64,000 bases of DNA from the human T2T-CHM13v2.0 reference genome, Homo sapiens (GCF_009914755.1 NC_060925.1); one strand, 5' to 3'; counted from the first letter of the stretch, positions 28,084-40,883 are shown. Numbers and translations are program-made. The notes: a model not told the origin generated them from the sequence alone.

Positions 28084-28288
28084 GCTTTCAGGTATGTCTC
28101 GTTATTTGGAATTACAAGCTTCTTTACCTACTTCCCCTTCTGTTTTTGACTGCTGCATTGCCACCTCTCTGTCTGGCTTTATTGAGTTCCTCTTACAATT
28201 CTTCCACCATTGTTTAGCATGCCAAATAAAAGGTGGTTGTTTTTATGCCAATGCAGGAACACTTCACCACAACTATTTCTGTCCCCAG

Positions 28289-28510
28289 ATGGGCACCTAT
28301 TTCTGCCCCAATCCAAATTCCCCTCTCCAGACCCTTCTTGCCTAACTCCTGGCAGTGTATGGGAGTCTCAGGTAAATGAAACACCAAGTCTTTTATTCCT
28401 CCTCTATATTGCTACTGGGAAGGTTAGACCTTTACTCATTCCTTTTTTGGTCACACCAGAATGCCTCCGCCCACTCCTGGGAAGGGACATGAATAAGTTG
28501 GGAACTTGCC
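28289..28510 (+). pseudogene. gag N-terminal stub fused to protease C-terminal remnant
   Basis: MGTYFCPNPNSPLQTLL (matrix-like start) is followed directly by MGVSGK...FTHSF/LVTPECLRPLLGRD. No capsid, nucleocapsid or DTG active site is seen. Confidence 0.7.
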
Positions 28511-28559
28511 TAGTCTTGGGAATCAAGCTGTCTCCCCGCTCTAGCTTTTAATACTAGAA

Positions 28560-31359
28560 TCTCCTCCCGTATCAGATAATCATGCCTTAATCAAGTTGCC
28601 TGTTAATCCCCAGGCCTGGGCTTATGGAATGCCAAGCAAGGCCATTACGGCCACCCCTGCACTGTTCTCTTTAAATGACCCAACTTCCTTCCCTAATAAA
28701 AGGCACTGCTTGATCCCTTCAGAAGTTAAAAGGGAACTTCACCCCCTAATTTCTCTAAGTTTTTAAAACATAGGCTTCTCATTCCCCATATTTCCCTTGT
28801 AAACTCCCATTCTGCCTGTTTAAAAGCCTAACAGGGAATATAGGTTAGCATAAAATTGGACAATTACTAATGAGGCCATAGTACCTCTCCACCCAGTAGT
28901 TCCAAATCATAGCCTACTGGGAAACAACCCTAGTACACCCTCCTGGTTTACTGTTTTAGACTTAAAAGATGCATTCTTTAACATTTCTTGAATCCTCAGT
29001 CCTACTTCTCGTTGCCTTTGAATGGCATGAGGAAGGGGGTGAAGGACAACATCTTACTTGGACTGTCCTGCCCCAAGGGTTCCAGAACAACCCCCACCAT
29101 TTTGGCCCAGCACTAGGCCAAGAGTTACATCCAGAGGAAAGGACTATTCTCTAATATATAGATGATTTCCTTATCTGTTCACTCACCCAGGAAAAGGCAC
29201 TAACCCATGCCACAGAGACCCTAAACTTCCTGGCCGAAGGGAATATAAAGTCTCCACATCAATGGTTCAACTAGCTCAGCAAGAAGTCAATAACCTTGGA
29301 GTTGTTTGCTCCCCTGGAGAATGAAGAATTTCCCCTGACAGGGTCCAGGGAATTCTAGACCTGCCTGAGCCAACTACCCAGAAGAAACTTCAAGCTTTTT
29401 TAAGTCTCACTGGGTATTATAGACTTTGGATCCCCAATTACAGCTTAAGGACTCAGCCATTTTTACAAAGCTTTAAAAGGTCATTTTGACTCTGAGCCTT
29501 TAATTTGGGGTCCAAATCAAATACAAGCCTTTCAACAGCTAATGGCTCTACTATCCCAGGCTCCAGCCTTAGGAATCCCTAAGGTCAATTGGCCTTTTCA
29601 ACTCCACATAGCAGGAAAGCAAGGAATTGCTCTTGGGGCATACTTGCAAGAACTAAGACTCCTCCAAAGACTTGTTGGATACCTGTCAAAGAGGCTGGAC
29701 CTAGTGCCACAATGAAGGCCTAGTTGTCTAAGGGCTATTGTGGCTCTCTCCCTGCTAATAGAAGAAGCCTCTAAGCTTATTTTAACATAGCTTCTCACTG
29801 TATACCTTTCTGATCAGGTCACTTCCCTTCTAGAAGGAAAAGGCCATTTATGGCTAACGGGCAGCAGAACCCTTAAATACCAAGCTCTGCTCTTAGAAAA
29901 TCCAGATCTAAAAGTTTCAGTTTTCCCTTCCTTAAATCCCTCTACTCTGCTCCCCCCTCCCTGAGGAAGACTAGACTGTCCACTTGTCTGAGGACATAGT
30001 ATCACAGTTTACGATGCCTCAACCAGACTTAACTGACATACCTTTACAGAACCTTGAAGAAATCTGGTTTTCAGATAGGAGCAGTTTTGTTTATGAGGGC
30101 ACTAGAAAGACTGGCTATGTTGTGGTCTCTCTAACACAGGTCATTGATGCCCTAGCTCTTCCTCCAGGAACTTCAGCCCAGTTAGCTAAAATAATTGCTC
30201 TAGCCCAATCCCTAACTGCGGCTGAAAACAAGTTGCTTAATGTTTAAACTGACTCCAAGTTTCCTTTTTTTTTCATGCCCGTGCTGCCATTTGGAAGGAA
30301 CATGGCTACCTAAATGCCTACAACAGCCCCATCAAGTATGGGCCTCAAATTCTCTCTCTTTTAAGAGGCAATTCTTAAGCCCTCCCTAGTGACTGTAGTA
30401 CACTACCAAGGCCACCAGAGGGGAATGAATGAGGTGGCTAAGAGAAACCAGTTTGTGGACCAGACTGCTCGCCAAGTGTCCTTGCAGTCTCTGGTTCTCC
30501 ACAGTACCCTGGTCTCCTCTCTCCAGCCCCTTCCTCCACCTGTCTACTTTCCAGATGAAATCAAATGAGCTATTGCCCATGGGTTTCACCCAGATCCAGA
30601 TGGATGGTACCACAACAATTCTTTAACTCACCTGGCACAGTCCTGTTAATGGAAATTTATCAAGTCTCCTCAGGAAGCCAGCCGCAAGGGGAGAGATGCC
30701 TTATTTCAAATGGTTACACCAATCTTCTTGGAAAAGGACTAAACCGTGTTGTCAGTAGGGTAGTTTTCTTGTGTCCTGTGTGTATAACCAACAATCCCCA
30801 CGGAAACAAAACACCTTCTTTAACTAGTTCCACTCAAAAACATGGGTCCTACCCTGGGGAAGACTGGCAAATGGATTTTACTATGGTACCTCCATACCAA
30901 GGACATAAATATATCTTAATGTTTGTGGATACTTTTACTGGCTGGGTTGAGGCCTTCCCTTCATGAACTGAGAGGGCCTCAGAGGTTGCTCAAAAACTTC
31001 TATGGTTTCCAATTTCATCCATGTCCCTACAAAGTTCATGTCCTTTGTAGGGACATGGATGAAACTGGAAACCATCATTCTCAGTAAACTATCGCAAGAA
31101 CAAAAAACCAAACACCGCATATTCTCACTCATAGGTGGGAATTGAACAATGAGATCACATGGACACAGGAAGGGGAACATCACACTCTGGGGACTGTTGT
31201 GGGGTGGGGGGAGGGGGGAGGGATAGCATTGGGAGATATACCTAATGCTAGATGACGAGTTAGTGGGTGCAGCACACCAGCATGGCACATGTATACGTAT
31301 GTAACTAACCTGCACAATGTGCACATGTACCCTAAAACTTAAAGTATAATAATAAAAAA

Positions 31360-31390
<31 letters not shown>

Positions 31391-31417
31391 AGATAGTACA
31401 CCGAGTTATACACCTAA

Positions 31418-31452
<35 letters not shown>

Positions 31453-32176
31453 AACTTCTATCAGAGATTATTCTCAGGTTTGGACTTTTATTGTTCCTTG
31501 AAAGTGACAACACACCTGCTTTTGTTTCCTGTGTTGTTCAACAAATCTCCAAAACCTTGGGGATTAAATACCACCTCCATTTTGCTTGGAGGCCTCAATC
31601 CTCAGAAAAGTAGAGAAAGCCAATCAATACTTTAAAAATACCCTAAGAAACATAACTCAGGAAACTTCCCAAAATTGGAAGGAAGCTCTCCCCATAGCCC
31701 TCCTTAGAGTCAGGATGGCTCCAAAGGCCACTCTCAACCTTGGCCACTATGAAATGCTTTATGGCAGGCTATTCCTGCAAGGATATCATCTTGTTGACAT
31801 TGATACTTCCTCCATTGTCACATATGTCACTTCCCTTGAACAGTTTCAGCAGGCCTTACAGGAATACAGAAGAAAAAAAATCTTCCTTCCCCAAGGCCTG
31901 CTCTTAATCTTTATGCCCAGGAACTTCAGTACTTCCCAAAACCTGGAAGTATGGTTCTCCTGCTTCCCAATTCCAACATGCTTGGAAAAGACCATATCCT
32001 GTTTTACTTTCTTCTCCCACAGCTATTAAAGTGCCAGAGATTGCCAGCTGGATCCATCACTCCTGCGTAAAACCATGGATGGCTGCCAAAACTGATGATG
32101 CCTCCACAGACGAATACACTTGTGAGCCTTTAGAGGATCTTAAGCATCTATAGAAAGACAGCCAAAAGATAAGTAA
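28560..32176 (+). pseudogene. pol: ERV pol (RT, RNase H, integrase), disrupted and interrupted by L1
   Basis: WFTVLDLKDAF, LTWTVLPQGF, YIDD (29155-29166), WFSDRSS..TSAQLA, PGEDWQMDFT, VDTFTGWVEAFP, KVEKAN, WIHHS; many stops and frameshifts. Confidence 0.95.
31004..31449 (+). mobile_element. Young L1PA2/PA3 insertion in ERV integrase, with 5' fold-back and 3' transduction
   Basis: Perfect 12-bp TSD AAAAACTTCTAT (30992-31003 and 31450-31461). The 3' UTR has 'ctagatgacgagttagtggg' (GAG, not the ACA/ACG of L1HS). Two A-rich tails. Confidence 0.96.
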
Positions 32177-32303
32177 TGCCCTCTGAATTTCTCTGGTGCC
32201 TTTTTGCATAAAGGCTCTGAGCTGGATTGTTATGATTATTTTCACATATTTGCAATTCAATTGCCTCCTTTCAAGTGGGTGGAATCATTTTTTTAATGCT
32301 AAA

Positions 32304-34030
32304 ATGGCTCTTTTAAAATCAGTAATGAATACTTCTGCTCTCTTAACTATATTAACCCTTACAATCATTCTAACATCTTTTCCCAACACTCGTATTGACC
32401 TACCATCCAAGAGGTTTTAAATAGACTACAAAACCTCACAAATATTCTGGAGTCTGCACTAACACCTCCCCTAGTGAAGTTTATTAACCATTCCCATTCC
32501 TGCTTCTGAATGGAGTCAGTTAGAAACCTTCCCAGCCCCCACTTATTTTGACCCACCAGGATGGGCTATCAATCCCAAGGACAAGGCCACAGTCAATCAC
32601 ATACTCCTCAATAGTCTACCAACAAAACCATTACTACCTCCAAGGACCTGTATTCTCATCTGTAATGCTTGCAGGACAAGCACTTTTTTGTCTCATATCT
32701 TCGTCGATCCATTACTTGGATCTTTTCCTAATATTTCTCAGGCTTGTGATCATACTTTTGCCCTATCCTCCACCGGACTATGGGTCAACTTAATCACTGA
32801 CAAAAAAGAATATGGACATACTTACTATTCTGAATCTGCTTTCTATTTTATTCATTTCCCCAATCCCCCTAACATAACCAACCATAGAGAAACAAGCCAG
32901 CTACTTTGGTACTACTATTTGCCCCAAACCCTAACCAGAATGTCCTTTTAGACATCACAACTTCTGATTTCAGCCACATAATTCCAGGTGAAATAATAAT
33001 TGCAAAAAACTCAGCTCCCCAAAATTTCATGTTATTGGCTGGGATGCCACCATTCCTTCTTTTAGTTGGGTCTTCAAGTCCTCTCTCATTCCATCAAGCC
33101 CTGCCTGTTTTTCCCCATTACCTGGCATGGCCTTGGCTTCCACTTATGAGGGTATTGAAGCTGACTCACACAGCATGGTGTGTGAGTCACACTTCAATAT
33201 CACTATTGACATTGTCTTAACCTGGCAAATCCCATTTACTTTCTGTGTGGAGACAGGGCATATCTCTGCTTACATGCTCGCTGGACAGGAATCTGCGCCC
33301 TAGTTTACCCAAATTCACTGTCATCAACAATAGCATTCCCTTCCCTGTACACACTCAATAGCTAGAGCCAAAAGGGACATTTTAACAGCACTGACTGCAA
33401 TTGGCATTCTGGATGGTATGGGAACAGGAGCTGGAGTCCTCAACTCCATTTTTACTGCCCCAAACTCTCTGTAGAAATTATTCAATGAATCATTTATCTA
33501 GCTGACCAAATCAATACCATTCAAGAACAGATCACTTCATTAGCAGGCATAGTCTTACAAAACCAATGAGCTTTAGATTCTTTCATGACCAATCAAGAGG
33601 TAATTTGCATAATGCTTAATGAAGACTACTGGTTTTTTGGCAACCAATCAGGTAAAGTACAAACCAACTTAAAAACCATTACAGACAAGGTCAAAAATTT
33701 ATGGAGGAAGGATTTTTGGGAAGCTTTGACTGATGAAACTTCAACATCTGGTCCTCATTTTGCTAGTTAACCCCCTTTCTCAGTCCTATAGTAGTCTTTT
33801 TACTACTTGTAGTTTTTAGGCCATACTTATTTAATTTATGAATTTGTTTTGTTTCTTCCAGTCTAGAATCCAAAAAACTCCAAATACTCCTACAAGGTTA
33901 CCATGAAGTTCCAATCATGTCTCATGGCCCCTTGGACCATCATCACACTCCTCTGCCCAACCTTCCAGCAGAAAGAAAGCAAGAGGAGGGACCCTGTCAA
34001 ACCACTGCCTCCCTGCCAAGTTGAAGTAGC
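32304..34030 (+). pseudogene. env: ERV env, disrupted
   Basis: Signal-peptide-like MALLKSVMNTSALLTILTLTIILT; furin site RAKR (33364-33375); fusion peptide; immunosuppressive domain LQNQ*ALD; decayed CX6CC (CIMLNEDYW); NQSGKV; TM-like hydrophobic stretch. Confidence 0.9.
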
Positions 34031-34079
34031 CAGAGTAGTCATCATCCATATACACAAAGAATTGGGTCTCTTTTCTCTT

Positions 34080-34089
34080 GAGGGGGAAA
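34080..34089 (+). other. Polypurine tract
   Basis: GAGGGGGAAA immediately before the 3' LTR start. Confidence 0.85.
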
Positions 34090-34754
34090 TATTAAGTAGT
34101 TAGACAGACATCAGCAGCTGGGAAGGTGTGAGAGAAGAAAGCAGAGGGGCTGTCACTAAGACAGGCCCAGCACCACCTAAATTCAGCCACAAGACCACCT
34201 TAACCCCAACCTAATGGATGGAGTTTGTGGTAACATCTGTGGCCAGCACATCTTGGGCAATGAAAACCTGGGGCAAAGATGAAAATCCACTAAAATGGCA
34301 CATGTCCAGTCCATCTAGGCTGTAACCTCAGGTAACCCCATCCTCATTATACAGTCATTATATGCAATTTATATGCAATTTTTGCCCCCTGAATAGGCTT
34401 TTCTTAAGGAATTATGGACAAAAACATGCACAGTTTAACTTCAGTTATATAATCATAAACTTCCAATCAAATGACTTCATTCTGTCACTCAAACACAGTC
34501 CAAGCCTCAACTCCTCTCCTCAAAGCCCATAAAAGCACCCTGAGCTCTATAAAGAGGGGCTGATTTCACTTCAGCCTGCTCTCCTACTGAGAGTTTATTG
34601 CTGTGCTTCAATAAACTTTGTTTTGAGCTTGCATTTTGGTGTCAGTTTGCAGTTCTTTGCTCACTTTAAAAAGAACTGAGATTGCCAATCCACAGCTCTG
34701 GCTCTTGATCTCCTTGGTTAAAGGATCCATTCCAATGCAGAACTTCCAGTAACA
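34090..34754 (+). repeat. ERV 3' LTR (complete, ~665 bp)
   Basis: Starts TATTAAG (decayed TG) after the PPT and ends GTAACA; AATAAA at 34610; homologous to the 5' LTR. Confidence 0.92.
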
Positions 34755-35075
34755 AAATTACTAGAAAAATGTATTACATATAGAAAAAAAAATTGAACCT
34801 CATTCTTTACTCCACACCATATAACAAAAACTAACGTGAGATGAATTATTGAGCTAAATATAAATATAAGTATTATAAAGCTTTCAGAAGAAAATAGAGA
34901 ACAATAGCTTCCAAAACTTTTGGTGGCCAATTTTCTTAAATTGGACCCGAAAGCAAAAAATATAGATAGCATAAATTTTCCACGAAAATTAAAATATTAT
35001 GTTCACCAAAGGATATTTTTAAAAGACATAGGCAAAACACATATAAGGGAGTATATGTATTATATATATATATAT

Positions 35076-35180
35076 CTGTTAACACCATCATCTTGGACCT
35101 GTAGCCTTCAGAAGTCTAAGAAATAAATTTATGTTTTTTAAAATCACCTAGACTGTGGCATTTTACCATAGCCAACTACA
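35076..35180 (+). mobile_element. MLT1-type MaLR LTR 3' fragment
   Basis: 'acaccatcatcttggacctgtagccttcagaagtctaagaaataaatttatgttttttaaaatcacctagactgtggcattt' is typical MLT1 3' sequence. Confidence 0.75.
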
Positions 35181-35457
35181 TATATGTTTATCTCTATACA
35201 CAGAGATAAACCTCTCTCTATATAACATATATTTTTATATAGAAGCCTTTCTTTCTCTAAATATACACTTTCTAGATATTGAGATCTCTCTCTCTCTCTA
35301 TATATATATATAGAATTACTTTGTATATATATATATATACTTTTTCCCAAAGCATACAAATATATTTAGATATCCTAGAAATGAAAAATAAGACAAACAA
35401 TCCCAATAAAATGGAATAAGCACTGACAAAAATTTTTGATGAGAATGTGGAACAAGA

Positions 35458-35782
35458 GGCCAGGTGTGGTTGCTCATGGCTATAATCCCGGCACTTTGGG
35501 AGGCAGAAGCAGGTGGATCACCGGAGTTCAGGATTTCAAGACCAGCCTAGCCAACATGGTGAAACTGCATGTCACGTGAGTATACAAAAAAAAAAAAAAA
35601 TTACCTGGGTGCAGTGGCAGGTGCCTGTAATCCCAGCTACCTCGGGAGGCTGAGGCAGGAGAATTGCTTGAAACTGGAAGCAGAGGTTGCAGTGAGCCGA
35701 AATCCTGTCATTGCACTCCAGCCTGGGTGACAAGAGTGAAACTGTGTCTCAAAAAAAAAAAAAAGAAAAAAGAAAAGAAAAG
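35458..35782 (+). mobile_element. AluS (Sq/Sp-like)
   Basis: Dimeric Alu with 'gacaagagtgaaac'; TSD ATGTGGAA(C/G)AAGA at 35445-35457 and 35783-35795. Confidence 0.95.
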
Positions 35783-36949
35783 ATGTGGAAGAAGAAATCT
35801 CCAAACATTGCTAACAGAAGTATAAAGTAGAAAAATTACTTTAGAAAAAAACTGACATTCAGTGCCTTATGTACTTTTAGCAAAATAACCCTATGACAGC
35901 ATTTCCACTCCTAAGTATGTACACAGGACAAATGAAAACAGAAATCCTAAGGCATGTACATTTAAAGCACTTTTTAATGTAATAGCCTTAAATTGAAAAC
36001 TATCTTAATATTGATTCACCAAAAGAGGATAATCAAATTGTGATATATGATGTAAGAATAAATAAATGCATTACTGATTCATGAAGCAATGTGAGTGAAT
36101 ATCCTGATTATTATGAGGAATGAAAGAAGCAAATACAAATGAGTACACGCTGTAGAATTCCATCCTTGTAAAATACTAGAATGTGTCAAACCAATCCATT
36201 TTGATAGAAATCAATATAGTAGAAGTCTTTATAAGTGAGGAAATGGAAGGAATGTTCATGAAGAATCTTTCTAGGCCAATGGGTGTTTTCTATATTTTGA
36301 TAGCAGTATGGTTTACATAGTTGTAAGAATGTATTTAAAAGCATTACAGAGGACATCAAATACATGTATATTTTTACTTTATGTAAAATATTTATCAATA
36401 AAAAATTAAAATACAAGTACAGGTGTAATTAGTACTTAATAAAAAGTGAAGTGTTACTGTTAGAATTCAGTGTAATGAAAGAAAATGCTCAACTTAGAAT
36501 TTGCACTACAACCAAGCAATGACTAATTTACCCAAATACTAATTTCAGTTTATCAACTGTCTTCTATCAAAAAAGACGAACAAAACAAAATGTTGGACAG
36601 AACCAACTGTGTGTCTTCATCACTGACCTATTCAGTGCTAATTAAGACATTTTCACAGCATCTGTACATTTACTCTCCAATATTGCCTCCACACTCTCCA
36701 GCAATTTAATTTCGCTAAGCTTATCAACTATCTCCCGTCATAGATCCAAGTCCCTCCACCTCAATTTCATTTTTTACATAAATATGAATAGTAATTAATA
36801 AAGCTTTCATATTTTCAAAGAAAAAGTTTTAAAAAAGGAAAGGTTCTTTGAGGGCAGAGTTTTTATTGGTTTTATTTTATTTTATTTTATTCAGTTTCCT
36901 GCTACTAAATACCCAAAACACAGGTACAGTAAGTACTTGAAGCCATTCT

Positions 36950-38062
36950 TTCCTAATTCTTTTTGATTATGGTGTAACAAGATTCTCTTCTCCTAAATTC
37001 AATGTAACCATCTGTGCTTTTATTCATATCCCGTCTTTTTCAGCCACCTAAACATTTCAATGAGCTTCTTTTCCACTTATGGTTACACACATTTCCCTTT
37101 ATTGACTTTTTTCCCTCAGTATCCCTGCAGACACCAGGCTCTTCTATTCTCCTTCTAACAACCAAATTTCTTTGAAAAGTGTTTACATTTACTTTTTTAC
37201 CCTGTCCTCAGCTACCTCAAAGCATCTCATTACATCCTCACATTCATTCTCTTTATTTAAACAAAAGTAGTTTTATTAAATCCATGACAAGGAATTCAAT
37301 GGACAATTTTCAATTATTACAAATTTCACCCCCTCAAAATGTTAGAACTGTTGACATCTTTCTTCTGAAAACATTTATTTATTTGTGTCCCGTGAAATAC
37401 CTTAACCTGGTTTTCCATCTGTCTCTCTGGCTGCATATCACACACTCTTCATTTGCTTACTGGTTAATGTTGAGGAATGATTAGAACTACGATTAAGGCC
37501 TTCTGATTTTCACTCATTAAAGCTTCCACAGATGAAGGCACCTACTCTCAAGTAACCTATTGTCATCTCATACCGAAGTCACCCAGATCTACTTCTATAG
37601 TCCAGATCTAGTTCTTGAGACACACACCCTTATATTTAACTATGTCTCAGAACTTGACACTTAAGTGGTCACTAGCACCTCAAATAGAAGTTGTACCAAA
37701 TGAAACTCTTTGTTCTAATTTTATGCAGCCATTCTTTCATTCAGGTTTATAAGCTCTCAATCTTGTATTTTTTTTAAATAAATCATGTCTTCACTAACTT
37801 CCACACTTTCAGGATTTTGTACTTTCCTCCTAACCCCTACAAAGGTTTAGGTCTCCTATGTTATATCCCAGAAAGCCTCTGGTTCTTCCCTCTTTATAAG
37901 GTATATTATTTTTCACTTATTTAACCTATAACTATATATTCTAACTTTAACATAAACTTAATGTGGATTCAGTATCCACTTTAGCCACTTCTCTAGCCTC
38001 GTTCTCTTTCAAGTCCATATCCCATAGCAGGAATTCAATGATATATATTGAATTAATTAATT
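36950..38062 (+). mobile_element. L2 LINE fragments including 3' end
   Basis: 'actgttgacatctttcttctgaaaac...cctggttttccatctgtctctctggc' (L2 RT region) and terminal 'catagcaggaattcaatgatatatattgaattaatt'. Confidence 0.65.
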
Positions 38063-38409
38063 AAAAACTTGTTAATCACCTTTTACATAAGAGCCTAGGA
38101 GGAAATAGAATCCAATATGCATACTAACTTGATGTTTGTTGAATTCAGTTTGGGGAAGATGGCAATTTGTTTTGCCTTCTTCATTTTAGCAATAAAATAC
38201 AGAGAATTGTTAGTTAATAATAGCATTGCAACATTGACAGTTTGTGGAAGAGCAGATTAAATATAATAACAGCAAAATCCATGTTGCATGGTGTTAAAGT
38301 GTGTGATTCATAAAGCAATGAAAGCAATTGGTAATTATGTTATTTTGAGAAATATGATGATGAAAGCATAGACAAAACCAAGATAGCAATTTGAATAGAA
38401 GACCAAGGA

Positions 38410-39080
38410 AGGTATTCATTGAAAAGATATTTTTTGCTTATACTATGTTTCACACATTTTACTTTGTGCTAGTAATATAATGATGAGAAAGACACGGTAT
38501 CACCTCCTATGAATTCCTTGTCGACATGTGTAAAAGACAAGTGAATTGGCAATTTTAATACCATGACACAAGGGGTAAGCTAAGGTAAATAAACAATTGC
38601 AAGATTCTCACAGAATATTATTTCAGAAGGAGAAAATGCCAGGGACAACGAGAATAGTAATGAAAAAATCTGCAGCAATTCAAAAGAGGGATAATAATGA
38701 CTTAAAATAGATAGAAACAATTACAATAGAAATAGACTTTGGTAGGGAATGAGGAATACGCAAGACCAAGAAAGACTATTCCAGGGTTGGCAAAAACAAA
38801 CAAACAAACAAAACAGGTATCTGGAGCCATAGGCCAAGGGAAGAGAGCACTGGAGACTGAAGGAGAAATCAATAGAAACTTATCTTGAAGATGTCAACTA
38901 AAGATTCAAATTTGAGTGCATTATTTGACAAGGATGTGATTATTGATAATGCACTTAGAAGACATAAAAATATATTTTTTAAAAAATGTTTTTCCCTTTA
39001 AAAAGAAGATCCTATTAGTAAATTAGAGATTGGATAAAAATGTGAGAATACAAATGTAATGGAGTTGTGGAGCACTTAAG
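38410..39080 (-). mobile_element. Diverged L2 fragments
   Basis: Weak antisense L2-like motifs ('attcattgaaaagatattt...gtgctag...aagacacgg'). Confidence 0.4.
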
Positions 39081-40883
39081 AGCGACAGTATAAAGAACTC
39101 CAAATGATCTAAAAATGAAGAATATTTCTAAAAATTGACCAGGGGATGTACAGATAGACTAATGTGTAACTTACAAAATAAGTAATTCATGCATAAATTA
39201 TCAGATATTGAGTACATTAAAAATTTATTTCATCTAATAGTATTTTGAGATTCGTACAATGATTTTCCCTATGGGAAGGGGGGAAGCAAACAACTTCAAT
39301 ATAAGCAAAGGATTTCTGTTACCGCAGTCACTTTATTGAACACTAAATAGAAACATCATAGAAACATGAGAAGTATTAGAAAGGTCACAGGAATTATATC
39401 AGTGTCAAGATATATTGACTAAGAATCACAATGATGATGCTATATGCATACATAAAGGAATAACTTTACCCCAGAACAAAAAGTTGAATTTTTTTTCTAA
39501 GTTAAAACAGGCAGAACTTGTACTAAAAATAAGTACAGAGTTTGTTTTTTTTTAATTTAAGTCCTGTAATTCTTACTTTCACATCAGCAGCCACACAACA
39601 GTATACAAAATAATATAAGCAGACAAGATGGGACTGCCCAATAAATGATTGTAGCATCATTTTTAAAATGTTCTTTTAAGAATTTTTCACATGTTCCTGT
39701 TATCAATATGAAACCTTTGCTAGATAAGGACATACATATCAAATAATCTAATAAATTATACATTTATTTAATACACCATTTAAGAAAAGACAAGCTAACA
39801 TTCAGAAATGTAATTGCTATTCTGTAATGTGACTTCAGGATTTTTCTATTTTTACATTTATTTAAACATTTACAAAATATTAAAACTTACTTGTAATTAC
39901 ATTGCAAAAACACAGCTGAGGATCTAAACATATAAATTGGTTCTGTCATATGCACAAATATATGCAGCTTTAAATACCCAGAGCATACACAGAATGCTCA
40001 TGTAGTGTAAACAAAAAAGTAATGAATCTGGCTGAAACTACTGTAAATATTATGATATTCAATTTCATTTTTAATTTAACTAGAATATACCAACAATAAT
40101 TTGCATCCCTCAGTGCTGTTTATATTATGTATAGTTAAAAATCATTTTACTATAGCTCTGCTTTCTAGTTTTTGCTTTTGTTTCTAAGAATTTAATTATA
40201 AACATTCTTGGGTATAGAAAAATAAGAATCTACCTGACAAATCAGTGTTACAGGTTTTTCAAGAGTACCAAACAATCTGACCATTAATAGGCAAGTTTTT
40301 CTAACATAAATTATATTTCTGTAAAATTGAAATCAAGTATAAAATGCTTTATTGTCTTCCATAGTGATCTTAAAAACAGTCAAGTTTATTTTTACTGCCC
40401 TGTAAATATGTGGATTTAATAATATATATAACAATATGAAACTGATAGGTTTTATTTGATTAAGGCAATGTATTTGTATATTACACTGTGTTCTTCAATG
40501 TGCTTTTGTGTATCCACATGCAGTATTCTTCAGAAGTATAGGTATAATTAATAAAAGTTTGTGTATATGATTTAAGCACTATATATGCAAATGTTGGGTA
40601 AGTGGAAGTAAAGCATTCAGCTTCAAAGTAAAATTCCAGTACACATTTAGGTGAATAAATTTGTTAAAATTATTATTGAATTAGTACTTTTGCATTATTA
40701 GTAGAAGACTGAGAATTATGATATGATAATGAGAATTCGTTAACAAAAAACACATCAATATTTAGATGAACAAATGTGATTTTCACAATATTATAGCAAT
40801 TTATGATAAGGTTTGGATAGATATAAAAAGAGACAAATGGAAGTAAATTATATGTGCTGTCCTAGAAATCCTAGGCATTATTA

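Larger units (their letters stand above)
27511..34754 (+). mobile_element. Degenerate class I (gamma-like) ERV provirus, HERV-H/F supergroup (HERVH48/MER72-like, family tentative)
   Basis: Two direct LTRs, PBS, protease remnant, RT, RNase H, integrase, env and PPT in canonical order; all frames are broken. Confidence 0.93.
34755..36415 (+). mobile_element. Old L1 (L1MC/ME-like) 3' portion, interrupted by a TA-rich tract, an MLT1 piece and an Alu
   Basis: Motifs 'ccacaccatataacaaaaactaac' and 'cagcatttccactcctaagtat'; 3' end 'tcaataaaaaatt'. Confidence 0.7.

Noticed and set aside
31199-31223. G-quadruplex-like G tracts (also near 19815 and, as C tracts, near 52550)
   Set aside because: Standard L1PA 3' UTR G-rich tract.
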